From Lophium mytilinum (taxonomy: Eukaryota), in contig MU004189.1 in NCBI GenBank assembly GCA_010093605.1, positions 503,834 to 567,833 of the forward strand: DNA of 64,000 nucleotides, read 5' to 3'. This document shows positions 13,257 through 25,590 of this stretch, one piece after another (position 1 is the first letter of the stretch; every line of letters starts with the position of its first letter). Under the pieces are notes generated by a model. It saw only the letters and a program-made list of their open reading frames with translations, searched no databases and had not been told where the DNA came from. The position numbers and the translations under genes were made by a program.

Positions 13257-14874
13257 TTATTCTTCGTCGCTGCTCTCCGCATCCTCCTCCTCCGCATCTG
13301 CAGCCGCCTTCTTCGCGGGCTTCTTCTTCTTCTTCTTGTTCTTGCTCTTTGTGCCAGGCGGCTTTCCAACCGGCAGCTCAAGAATCTTGAGAATATCTTC
13401 GTCTGTGATCTTCTTGTCTGTCTTGTACTGTTCCAGATCGGGGGATGGGGGACCAGAAAGGCGCGTCAGCCCATGCTTCGTCAGTGCTAGAAGAACCAAG
13501 TCAGCCGCTATTCTCTCCGGAGTGACAGATCGAAAAAGCTCTCAATCTAGCTCCGAAGATGACCTTTAATCTTGTTCTCATCTTCTAACGGATAATAGAA
13601 GCGACCACGTTGGATCTCGTAGCGATAATAGTTGCAATTGAGGAATGTGGGATGAACATGAATTGACGCGACGATAAAGGGAGTGTCTTACCAATCGTCG
13701 TGAAGAGGCGAGCAACCGGCTCGTTGTCCTTATCGCCCACGACCTCATACTGGCGGACAACGCCGCCTCGGACGCATTCGACGACTCCGACCTTGGCCGA
13801 CCGCTCGTCCTCAAGCTGCCGTAGACTGAAGGGGAACGTGCCAAACTTCTTAACGATCTCAGAGAGAGTAGCCCGCGAGCTTGGCCGCTTCAAGCCGTAC
13901 GTTGTGGTTGTGCGGCGATGAAGCGTAGGTCTGTTGCTAAGGGTCTTGACCTTGCCAGAACCCAGGCTGACGCCCATCTCGACACCCCATACTTCGCCGA
14001 CCTCGGGTATTCCCTCACCCCTGACACCTTCTCCTGGCGCAAGAATGATCTTCTTCTTGGCCTCAATCTCGTTTCGCTCAAACAACCAGCAAGTTGTGCT
14101 CTCTACGAGGTTGCAGTCAAAGCTCTTGACGACCTTCTCCAGTAGCTGTGTGATCTTAGCTTGAGTTGGGGGCTTCTGGGCTGCGGCCTTCTTCTGCTCT
14201 TCCTCTGTGCCGGTAGGAACCAGTCCCGGGGGGATCATGAGTCTGAGAAGCAGCTCATTGGCATAGTATGTGGCTAGGAGCAGGTCCGCCTGGCGCCCGG
14301 GGAGCTTGTCGTCCTCGTTCTTCTCAGATGGGATAATGATCGAATCGCAAAGAATTGCGCCAAACCCGTCAATCTGAGCCCCAAGTTGGATCTTGATGAC
14401 CTCTCCAGGCTTGAGAACTGTAGCCGCCTCCTCCTCGTCGGTCTTCAGCGGTGTGTACGGCGTGATGTAGGAGCTGGGGGAGACGGTGGTCGGGTGTGCA
14501 ATTCCTTTGGCGATTTTCTTTCCCTTGTAGACCTTTGCAACTTCTTCTTCCAGCAGTTTGTCGCCCTTCTCGCAGACTTCAACAATGTTCGCTCCTTCAA
14601 CGCACCATCCTAGTGGTCGTCAGTGTTGGTCGCGGTGTATGGCTTGCCCACTCTGGGCCTTTGGGAATGGCGAACCTGTCACAGTCTTCAGAACCGTCTG
14701 AGAGATTCCAGCGGCGACCTTGTACTTTGTCAAGGTGTCGGGGTTCGCCAATGAGTAGTCTGAAAATCTAATTAGCAACATGTCTTCCTCCTACAAAGGC
14801 CGGACACTGTTGTGCGGTGACGTAGCGGCAACAGAGGGCCATGTAGGAAGCTCACCAACGGTTTCTTCAGCCAT
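13257..14874 (-). CDS. Curved DNA-binding protein Cdb4 / PA2G4-like (peptidase M24 fold)
   Basis: ATG at 14874. Spliced N-terminus DYSLANPDTLTKYK; KIQLGAQIDGF; SEIVKKFGTFPFSLRQL; C-terminal KNKKKKKK tract. Confidence 0.88.
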
Positions 14875-16577
14875 GTTTGCGGGGCTGACTCCTCGGTGGT
14901 AAACGAAGGTAAATCAGTGCTAAAGAATGGTCGGAAGGAGAGAAATTGATGTTGTGGGTTGGAAAGGGTGTGGACGTGCTAGTAAAACAGGTGACTGAGG
15001 GGTAATAAGAGTGGTGGGGTAGCCGAACACCTCAGAAAAATTGGGCGAATGAGATTGTGTTTCCAGCGCATCTTACACGACCAGGAAGCATCTAACCGCT
15101 GCTTTGTCCTCTGATGGTAGAGAGCCGTACGCAAGCGGTGTGAAAGCTTAATCACGTGCAAGCGAGAGATATGGAAAGTACATACTTTGTAGTCTTGAAC
15201 CTAATGGACTCTAATAGTCTAGACTTCGATACATCTAAGATCAGAAGTAGACTCTCACGCTAGACAGGAAGAAAGTGGCACATCAAGCATTCTGTGTTGG
15301 GTACACTGGTCTGCCATTGCTTAGAGTGCTTCAACACGACTCCACAATGCCCAAAGCTAAGAGTTTCTATCTAAATTATATTTAAAGAATGCATAAAAGC
15401 ACCACAAGCACCGGTAGACAGGCGTACACAACGCAGACCGCCTGCTGAGTGTGTTAACTCTGTTATGTCCAGCGGGACTCTAATGCTGTGGAAGTCCAAA
15501 TAGTAAACTTTGAGGAGGGATACTTTTGCAGCCAAGCATCCACAGTCTAGTGTTGAATGGTCCTTTACTCAAGCCTCTTTCTCTGTTGCAGTCCTTGAAT
15601 CCCCTATACGATCTTATTTCCCCGGCTCATGCCTTTTCCTTAAGAATAACAGTTGGAGACTTTCCCAGCGAGCTTTCCTACTCTTCTCGTCGTTGAAGTT
15701 ACCCAGCACAATTTAAACTTACACGAAGTTCATTCCACAGCTCGCGATTTTAAAGTTGTTTGAAGAAAGTGGATGGGTTTGATCAAAAGAACGCGTTTAG
15801 TCCAAAGGTAGCGCAAGAGATTATACATAGAATCTTGAATAGGCACGATCCATGCTTTTCAGTCTAACCCGATGGAGCGACGAATGAGTAGAAAATGAGC
15901 AAAGGTTCACCGCGAATAATGATGGATCTAGAGCTGCAAGATAGAATTTGCTTGTATCCTAGGGAGAGATACTACAATAGAGCTGGTTCGGTCTCTAGAA
16001 GTAGATGTGAGAGTGCGTAGTACTCGAATAACACTACGTTGCGGAGAGTTCTGGGACATGAAACACTCAAAACTGTTTCTCTAGAATGACGAAGATACTA
16101 ACGGACTTCTTTAACCCGTCCAATGCCCTCCTCATTCACCTTTGTTTATGTTAGACTTGGGACTCGTGAATGATCGGCCGATGCAAGCTTGTTCCCTGCA
16201 GCCAAATCAGGCCCTAGAGCACACGACAACGAACCTTCCGCGGGCCGTAGGGCAGGACACTTTCCTAATTCCCCATAATACAGCATACTTTAGACTGCCA
16301 GGCGGTATCTGAGCGCCCTTGAATGGTGCTTTTATTCCAAGCTTCGTGATCCAGACCGATTAACACTCATTCTATTAGAAAAAGAGCCTTGGCAACCCAC
16401 AAATCCGTTCCAAGGCTACCTACGTCAGAGCTCGAGACCGAGCTCAACAACAATCCACCCTTCGTCTCCACCCGTCAGTGAGAACCACCTGATGCTATCA
16501 CCACCTCAAAAGCACCATCTATCGTAGATTCTCCTCAACGCAACGATTGGGCCCTTTGCAGCTCCCTATTTCACAGT

Positions 16578-19396
16578 ATGGCCTCACACGGCAAAGCCGC
16601 CTCCACAACCAGCCCTCCCCCGACCTCAAACCCAGGTGCTGCCTCATACGCCCAAGCAGCTTCTTCAAGTCATCCAACAGCTCCCGATGCCTCCCAAGAT
16701 TCAGCCGCGGCGACCTCGCAGCAGAAGAAGAGAAAGCACCGCGGGGGCAAGAAGAGGCGCAATCGAAGGCAATCCTTCATAGCCCCTCCGGACGAATTGG
16801 GCCTTGGAACAGACATCGGCTCTCACGATGGGGCAAGAAGCTCCGGTCTAGCTAGCGAGGATGCTACACGCGCGACGTTCTACAGACTCCGGGACAATCG
16901 AAGTAACAATAGTCTTGACAGTGAGGCGTTACTGGACCATCGGTAATACATCGCTCATTTCACATTAATAAATTTGGAAAGAATCCTCATTGACTTGACA
17001 TTGCAGGGACCATGGATTCATCCAACAACGGCGTCAAAGCATCCAAGGCGGCGGCATTGGCTCGTTCTCACAAGGCTCTCCTCACCGACCTTCCCAGCGG
17101 CCACAATCTCAAACTCGCTCAAAACTGTCTCGACAACAAAGACTGACGGAGGAAGAGTCCGAGGACGATAAAGCAAATGACAGGTCGCCATTGATAGGTT
17201 CCAGCCAACGGAATGGCGCAGGTTACGGAGGGCTGAGTGCACCTTCGAGTGCAGGGCGAACGAAGGACAAGTCAACTCGAAGATCTAGCAGGTCTTCAAC
17301 CTCAAGTCGCAGGAGAAGACCTGTTTTTGGATCACAAATCTCGCATCAGAGCTTGGACTACGATGTGAATAATCCTCCATCTGTTCCATCGAGTCCTAAG
17401 CTAGGCCTTGATCATGGATTCGACGATGTCATGCTCACTACAGGCGAGGTCGGGAGATCAAGGTCTCCGGAAGCGTCACGTTCAGCGGGTGCTCCATCGC
17501 GGGACGCTCTGATTAACATTTACGAAGAACCGACGTCTTTTGCCAATTCAGCACCACCTTCCCCGAAAGCGGCACAGGGCGACCTTCTACGACGAATGAC
17601 TCTTCATGCCAGTGAAGATGTATGTTTCCCTCAAGAAGGCATGTCTGAGATGGGCCAAGAAGACTTCATGCATCTTCCCGAATCTGGAGATCCTCGATCA
17701 CGGCGAAGAAGGGCCAGGAGGTGGCCTGAGCTTTCGGTCTTGGAACATTGGAGCCATGAGGAAAAAGAGCAGCGTACTATGGAAGGCATTCGAGCAAGAC
17801 AAGTCAACGAGCCTCTTATGGTTGGAGGCCGCCTTCGCCCTCAAAAGCAAGTCTGGCATCGCGAGGTAGAAGATGCCCCTTATCGGTTTACATACTTCAA
17901 CGAGGAATTTCCAAGCACCATCCATAGTCAGACCATCTCCGAACTTGTCCAAGAAGGGCAGAGTTTCAGGAGTCTCTTTATTCCGGATCCTCCGCTACTG
18001 TCAGATGATAGCTCGGAAGAGGAAAGCGATGACGAAACGACTATTCCAGGTCGCGATAGCGTACGGGGCCGTAATCAGATGTCCTCGAACGGCATCTCCC
18101 GGGCAGGAACGAGAACATCGTCGAAGTTGAGTGAACGTAAAAAGGACTCGTCGGGAGAACAGACTGGTGCAAACTCACCAGCGCCCTCGAATAATCCTAC
18201 ACCACAGAGACCACTACGATACGGGCCGCGGCCAGCCTTTTGGCTGGATGTTTTATCTCCAACCGAAGCTGAGATGAAAGTAATTTCGAAGGCATTCGGC
18301 ATTCATCCCCTCACGACAGAGGATATTCTGATGCAGGAAGCTCGAGAAAAAGTAGAACTGTTCCGCAACTATTACTTTGTAAACTACAGAACCTTTGAGC
18401 AAGACAGCAACAGCGAGGACTACCTAGACCCGGTCAACATGTATGTGGTGGTATTCCGGGAGGGCATCATTACGGTGAGTACATCCAAACCTCTACGGAT
18501 ATGTCATTTCTAACAAACTATCCCAGTTCCATTTTTCCATGACGCCTCACCCAGCCAACGTCCGCCGTCGTATCCGGCAACTCAGCGACTACCTCATCCT
18601 CAGCCCCGACTGGATCTCCTACGCCATCATCGACGACATCACAGACGTCTACGCCCCTCTAATTCAACGCATCGAGGAAGAAGTCGACGACATCGACGAC
18701 GCCATCCTCTGCCTGCATTCCCCCGAGGAAGTCGAGCAAGCCAAGGCCGAAAAAGCGAAACGCGGCTCCCTCTTCTTCTCCGGCGACAGCCGCGGCGACT
18801 ACGAGAAACTTGAAGACGTCGACGAGTTCAAGTCCGCCGACAGCGGCGCTGACATGCTCCGTCGCGTTGGCGAATGCAGGAAGAAAGTCATGAGCCTGTA
18901 CCGCTTGCTCGGCAACAAGGCCGACGTAATCAAAGGGTTTGCGAAGCGGTGTACGGAGCAGTGGGATGTTGCGCCGAGGTCGGAGATTGGGTTGTATTTG
19001 GGAGACATCCAGGATCACATTGTGACTATGACGGGAAATCTGAGTCATTATGAGAAGTATGCTCCTATTTTCTCCAAGTCATACTTAGACGGTATAAAGG
19101 AAACGCTAACATCAATCCGCAGCCTGCTCTCCCGCGCCCACTCCAACTACCTCGCTCAAATCAACATCCGCATGAACGAGCGTCAGGAGAAGACGTCAGA
19201 TATCCTCGGTAAGCTTACCGTGCTGGGTACGATCGTCCTGCCTATGAATATCGTGACGGGTATGTGGGGTATGAACGTGCTCGTCCCTGGACAGGATATC
19301 GACAGCTTGTGGTGGTTCTTTGGTATCACTGCTGGTCTGCTGGTGTTCGGGTTTGGATGCTACTTTATGGCGAAGAGGGTTTATCGGATCGTGTAG
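16578..19396 (+). CDS. CorA-family magnesium transporter (ALR/MNR2-like)
   Basis: Introns 16943-17006, 18475-18526 and 19057-19122. FWLDVLSPT, FGIHPLTTEDI and the GMN signature between two C-terminal TM helices. Confidence 0.9.
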
Positions 19397-19820
19397 ATAC
19401 AGTGGATGGGGTAGACGGCACGTCTACGTTGCGGCGGAGTAGATGAAAGGCGGAAAATGAGAGATTGAGAAGAGATGTCACTTGTAGAACACTTGTCGGT
19501 CCTGAAAAGCAATAAGTAGCGATTTGGGGCCACGGAAGGTTTGTAAATTTGTAATGTGCTTGATATCACGACGAGGTTGTCGGGGGACACTTAGAGCGTG
19601 AATTCACTTCGATTCTAGAATATAGAAACAATACCATAAATATAATCCCGAAGAGCTGGCATTTTGTAGGTTTTTGTGCATCTCTTCATAGTTGTACAGT
19701 GTCCATACATTCAGAGCGTTACATCTCGGCTTCCCTGGTAGGTGTATGCCCATAGATAACACACCACAAGTGGGGTTATATATACTCCACTCGCCCCACG
19801 CTACTTACAATGAACTCGTC

Positions 19821-22250
19821 TCAGAGATCCACATCCCTATTAAGCTTAAACTGCTTATACCCAAACCCCTCATGCGTAATAAAGCTCCCCAGCGCCTCCA
19901 GCCTCGGCCAGATATCCGGGTAATTATCCTTGATAAACGCCGCTATGCGCTCCTGCACGAAATCATTCCGGGTAGCGTTAAAGAAGGAGCCAAGGCTGTC
20001 ATCACATTAGCAAACATCCATTTAACATCATGATTCCAGAATCAGCGGCCAGGAAGCTTACATGAGCAAATCAGGCGTGAACCCAAACGTCCCCTCGGCA
20101 CTCAAGACGGCCTTCTCTGCCTCATCGTACAGCCCATTCCCGGCTAACGCGCCTACATACGCAGCAAATACTTCCTGGTCGACGTCGACATCCATGCGCC
20201 TCAGACTGGCCCACAGCGGCTTCGCATGCCGGTCGCCGAACGGCATAATTTCGCACGCGCGAAAAGCGACCACGATACTAGCGTACGACGGCCCTTCCTT
20301 GGACTGCGAGATATCGCGCCAGAACTCCATCGCGCGCACCGGGCGGTCAGTTGCCGCGTACGCCGCCATCAGAGACGTGAGGATGCGCGTGTTTGGCTCT
20401 ATCTCTAGGTCTAGCTTCATCTGGTTGTGGATGAGCTCGAGGCTCTCCTCGTCGGCGGCGCGGGCGATGCCGGTGAACATGGCGACGTAGGTATCAGCGT
20501 TCGGGACGACAGCGGGGTCGGTCGAGTGCTTCATGTGGAAGAAGACGTGGCACGCCATGTCGGAGCGCTCGCGGGCGAAGAACTCCTTCATGAGAGGCAT
20601 GCGGGCGTCGCGGGGGGTTTCCTTGAAGATGGAGCGGAAGATCTGGTAGGTGTCCCAGACGGAGGCGAGGTCGTTCTTGCGGTCGAGGCAGAAATTGATG
20701 AAGACGTCGCGGACTTTGATGCGTTCTTCTGAGGAGTAGTGGTTGGAGTGGGTTTGAAGGAGGTCTTTAGTGTCGTCGTATTCTTCGCGTTTGAGGTGGA
20801 GGAGGCAAAGCTCGCATGTGGTTTCTGGTTCGAATCGAGCCTTGCGGTCGCCGAGGTCGTCGGCTACACCCATGATGGAGTCGAAGTCGTATCGACCTGA
20901 TCTACACATCGCTTGAATGAGCTTGTTGACAGCTGGAATTTCCTCGTTGTCAACGGCTTCTTGGCCCTGTAGTCCGAAAAAGGCGGCTCTCGCGCCATCG
21001 ATGTCGTTTACTGACAACCGGTACTCCATCTGCAATATGAAAGTCTTTGCGTTCGGGAATATAGCCCATTTCTCGCCAAGGTGGATATATCTTTCGGCCA
21101 TATAGGGGTCATTTCGTAAAATTGCGTATTCGACTAGTCGGTTGATCGTGTCAATATCTGGGCCTTCATATATCTTCTCGCTTTCATTTCGGCGCTTCAT
21201 GACTTGCATCATACGGCCCACTTCGTCAACACCCTTCCCAGTAGCCGCTGAATATAAGAAAATAACATCCCAAATCTCCTTCTTTGGCGTGACTTGCAGC
21301 AAGGATGCCACTATCTTTTGGCTAAAGCTGGATTCGTTATTCGCAGCACAGCACATAAGCATAGCTGAGTGAGCGGATGGCAGAATATATCCTTCTTCAG
21401 CTATAGGCTCAGAGTACCACGTTTTGGTTTTCGCCAGGTCGTTCCGTGCACTGTAGAACTGAACCGTGCGAGTGTGCAGTATGTTCGTGAAAGGTATGGA
21501 CAGGTTTTTAATAATCGATAGGGTCTCCAGGAATTCCTTCTCGTTGCCATCCCGCTGAAACCCCTCGAGAACCTTGTCCCAATTTTTTATTTGAGCCGAC
21601 TGGCTGCCAGTTGGCGTATGCTCCAACAACATCTTCCGTGCCTCGGCCGTCTGATCATTTTGACTCAGTATTGTAACGTAGGCAAAATCCTCATCAAATT
21701 CTTCTTCTGCACCGTCTTCAGTACCTCGAGTTGCTTTTATTGCTTCATGCAACTCTTTTGCTAATTGCAGCATCGCATGGGCAGGTCTGTCCGGACGACG
21801 CTGTAAAGCCCATAGAGCTCTCCTCAAGCTTTCCGCACTTAGCCAGGGAGCTGTGTCCTTCTCTTGTTGATCTTTCAGATACTCAAAAGCTCTCAAAGCT
21901 AACGTAACCTGCACATCTTCCACAGCTTGTTTCGAGTTTAATTTCGCATCAAAAAACTGGCGGAAGGCAGCCGCGATCTCCTTCGCTGACGGCGGCCGTG
22001 CTGCTATCTGGTCCATTTTTGCCAAATTCATCATCGGTTTCTGCCCTGGGGTATAGTTTGGAGCCTTGGGTTCCCGCGGAGGTGAAAACGAAAAACCGAA
22101 CAGAGTCCGCCTGTGAGATTGGGGAAAGGCCCCGAGGCCATTGCGAGCTGGTATGCATGGTCTTGTAGGCCTGTGAAGACATCCTCGATATGTAATAGGC
22201 TTGTTGGACAGCAGCCTTCGAAAAACTACCCGGGTGAGGTGTGACGGCAT
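19821..22250 (-). CDS. CIA84: Mitochondrial complex I intermediate-associated protein 84 (CIA84-like, PPR-like helical repeats)
   Basis: Arg-rich presequence MPSHLTRVVFRRLL and helical repeats (PDIDTINRLVE, PNADTYVAMF, PNTRILTSLM). Intron 20061-19996; stop at 19821. Confidence 0.78.
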
Positions 22251-22518
22251 CGCGATTTGCGGGTAAGGAGGAGCTTGCAATTGCGTCTGGTCGCTGTGCT
22301 TATAGGAGACGTGATTAGGCTAATGACAGAGCATAATTCAATCCGAGCAAGAAAATATAATACAAGAAGAGCACTCAAACTTCGACGTGATGGTTGAACT
22401 AACTGTGGCAAGACGTCAAGCTTGAGAACGTCGGCGCGGCAGAAGCCGTGAATGCCAAGCATCTCGACATTTCTCAGGGCCATCGACGACAGCCCTTCAA
22501 CTCCATCCATTCGACACC

Positions 22519-23253
22519 ATGGCGCTATTCAGATCCTCAATTCGACCGGCAACCTCGCTGAGCCGACAATGCACAAGATCACTATCACATACCCGCCGTT
22601 GGCTTGCAGGACCGTCTGAAACTGAGAGCATAGCTGCAGGTATGCTCACCGCAATACTCCCTCCCTCAGTCATCCAGACCTCTAACACTTCACAGAAACC
22701 CTTCGAATAATGAGTGAATCTTCTTCAACCAAGTCGACCAGCTTTTCCCGAGCAAGGTCTACCCGCGCAGCTTTCACCCAAAAGGACGTCCAGGACGCCG
22801 AACTGGCAGCAAAACGCACCGATTACGAGCTGCAGCTCGCGCGGAAATTCAAGCCCGGAGATGTGTATGCCCCGCACGACTTGACGGGACAAGAGATGCA
22901 GAAGTGGAAGAAGTCGCGGAATGCGCCGAAGACAGATGCTATCGATGCGCTGGGGCTGAATCCGATTAACGAGTACAAGGTACGACTTTCCTTTCTGCGG
23001 AACATTCATACACCCACGGGTCTGTAGGGAGAAGATTTGGGCAGGGTTAATTCGATTGCTACAGAATTTCTCTATGATGTCCGAGTTCATGACCGAGATG
23101 GGACGGATAAAGTCTGCACAGGAGACGGGACTGCGGCCGGTGAATCAAAGGAGAATGGCTAAGGCTATAAGGAGGGCAATTGGAGTTGGCTTAATGCCGA
23201 GTGTCCACAAGCATCCAGAGCTGATGATAAAACAACGCAAATCGTACCGGTGA
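22519..23253 (+). CDS. RSM18: Mitochondrial ribosomal protein bS18m
   Basis: Presequence; GDVYAPHDL; LGLNPINEYKNFSMMSEFMTEMGRI...TGLRPVNQRRMAKAIRRAIGVGLMP. Introns ~22640-22695 and 22980-23064. Confidence 0.88.
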
Positions 23254-23479
23254 TTGAATGGAAGCCGGCTGGTCGTATGGATTCGAGTGTAGGAATATTG
23301 GAAAGGCAAGGGAAGAGTGGTGTATTATACTTTTCTGAGATGGCTTGAATTTCCGGCCCATCACAAGAAGCGTTATGTGAAATACTCGAATGCTACAATT
23401 ACACAGGCATGCAAAATCAGAAAGTCTGTCGGTAAGGCTGTTGACATGCTGAACGGTGTTATTTAATCCTCGCTGTCGA

Positions 23480-23790
23480 CATGGCTCCCGTTGGATATGT
23501 GGGGGCAATCTGCAACCTCCGACAATAACAAGTCAAAAACGAGTCCAAATCACACGGACTGGCTCCCATTCATACATCTTACCATTGCCAAAGTACCCCT
23601 ATTTCCACTACCCTATCTGAGGTGTCAAGCAATACACATCGTAAAACGACGGGAAATCTGGCAGTCCTCAATTGCTTATACTTGAATAAGCTAAATTCAG
23701 GGTGTCAAGTAATAATATGCCAAAAACGACGTGAAATCGCACCGACTGGCTCCCGTTCATATATCTCAACACACCGTAATCTCAGCGTTA
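23480..23790. repeat. Short degenerate direct repeats (offsets ~80 and ~187 bp)
   Basis: caaaaacgagtccaaatcacacggactggctcccattcatacatct (~23535) vs caaaaacgacgtgaaatcgcaccgactggctcccgttcatatatct (~23721). ggtgtcaag...aaaacgacg.gaaatc occurs at 23621 and 23701. Confidence 0.75.
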
Positions 23791-24263
23791 TTCCAAGTTC
23801 AGATTTGAAGGGTGCTGGACTTGACATGGAAGTGACGAGTGAAACTCCAGCTTTAACAGAACGTAAAAAGCTACTCGAGCTACATCAGGGCCTTCATGAA
23901 ATGAGTATGAAACTGATCTAAAGATGCCTGACTAGCTCCCATATGTAAGGAGCCCGAAAAGAATAGACCCGGGAATGCTTCAAAAAGGCCACTGGTTGAT
24001 TCTGCAAAGGGTAGACTTGATGAGCTGATAACGCTCGCATGTTACGTTTACTTATCTAGCAGGTACTGACGGCACCTCAGAACTCTCGGTCAGATTGAGG
24101 CATGGGATGGTTTTGGGGTATAGAGTCTTCGTACTAGGCCTTTGGGGAAGCCTTGCGCTCGAGAGGTGAGCGCGTAATATGGGTATCGTAGTTCCGAATA
24201 GCCTTAACACAAACAGCCGGCAGTAGCAAACACGCTTCAAACTCCGTAGTCTTCTCATATCAG

Positions 24264-25377
24264 TCACTCGTCGTCTCCTCCGTATTCGTCTTCCTCCATC
24301 TCCACAAACCCCTCTGCATCCACCGGCGGGTTCAGATCAACCTTATTCTCAGCCGCCCATGCCCTAACCTTGGCCTTGTTGATCACGTTTTCGGCTCCAC
24401 CCCGCTTCTTGTGATCCAGCACCTGCATGGCCTGCAACGTCGCGATGATGTCTTCCTGCACGATATACGTCTGATCCCTGATATCCGTGACGGTGAGTGT
24501 CTTCTTCTGCGGCGCGCTGAGCAGTGTGCGAGCGATTGTGTGAGACCAATAGGACTGGTAGCCACGCTTGCCGAGTTCAGAGAGTGCTGCAGTGATTCAA
24601 GGCGTCAATTCACTACTACGTCGGCAAGTGGAGGTGGGAGTTTATACGCACGCTTCTCAGGCCCTCCCAACCTACCCTCGCGCTTGCTGAGCTCGTAGCT
24701 CGCGCCCATTAGGATCTGGCCTAGGCCTTTCTGCTGCCAGGGTGGAAAAACCAAAATACACGCCAGGTTATTGTTGTCCCAGCTCATCTTCTCTTTACTG
24801 AAGAAGCCAACAACCTGTCCATTCATCGAGTTCGAGTGCCCAGGTATGGTCACAGGCACGGGCGGCGTAGGGTCGTGAGCGACGAGGAGGTAGTAGAGGA
24901 AGGTAGTGACGTCGTAGAAGACGGACTTGGTGTCTAGGAAGAGCTTCGCGAAGAGAGACAGGTTCTGGCAATAGAGCTTGTTTTCCTCACCGTCGATTTC
25001 GTGTAAGGAGTAGCCATCTTTGGTGTATATGACAGCTCCGGGGGGTGGGGTATCTTTGAAAGCACATACTTTCTGGGGAGGTCAGCTTAGACCAGGAAAA
25101 GTGAGATACGAGAGGAACTGTGGCATACCAGATGGCCAAGGAACTCATTGATGAGATCTTTTGAGTATTTGAAGCACCATTGGCATACATACAGCCTTTC
25201 TACCTCCCTCCCGACCAGCTCCTCGGGGTAGAAGGACGGGTACCACGGCTTGATGAGCAGCGAGCCGAGCACGGCGTTGTGGACGTTTGGATCCATGGAT
25301 GGTCGCGCCGTCTTGCTCTCTGGCTTGTTGATACCATTGGGGGTCGCGTCATGTTGAATAGGTGTTTCCAGTCCCAT
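24264..25377 (-). CDS. MYST (MOZ/SAS) histone acetyltransferase, Sas2-like
   Basis: IKPWYPSFYP, LYVCQWCFKY, QNLSLFAKLFLDTKSVFYDV, VGFFSKEKMSWDNNNLACILVFPPWQQKGLG, GGPEK. Multi-exon. Confidence 0.88.
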
Positions 25378-25590
25378 TGCTCCTGCTTTTACATATTGGG
25401 TCGGAGTGAATTGGAGGGGAAGGAACGCCCGGCGCGGTTTCGCGGTGTCATTCGCTGCACGGACGTCGGTGCCAAGGCAGACATCGACGTCGTTTTCTCG
25501 AACCCAACACCTCCAGGGCTGTCTCTAATCTCTTTGCGCAGTTTGAAATTCTGTATTGGTGCGGTACCTAATTCAGCTCCCGTTCAGCTC

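Noticed and set aside
15180..16300. TA/TAG-rich intergenic stretch as a RIP-mutated transposon relic
   Set aside because: No terminal repeats, transposase remnants or clear periodicity are visible; RIP indices would need to be computed.
25180..25590. N-terminal extension of the 571-aa ORF
   Set aside because: It overlaps the SAS2-like exon antisense and the shared promoter; ATG 25591 gives a plausible presequence.
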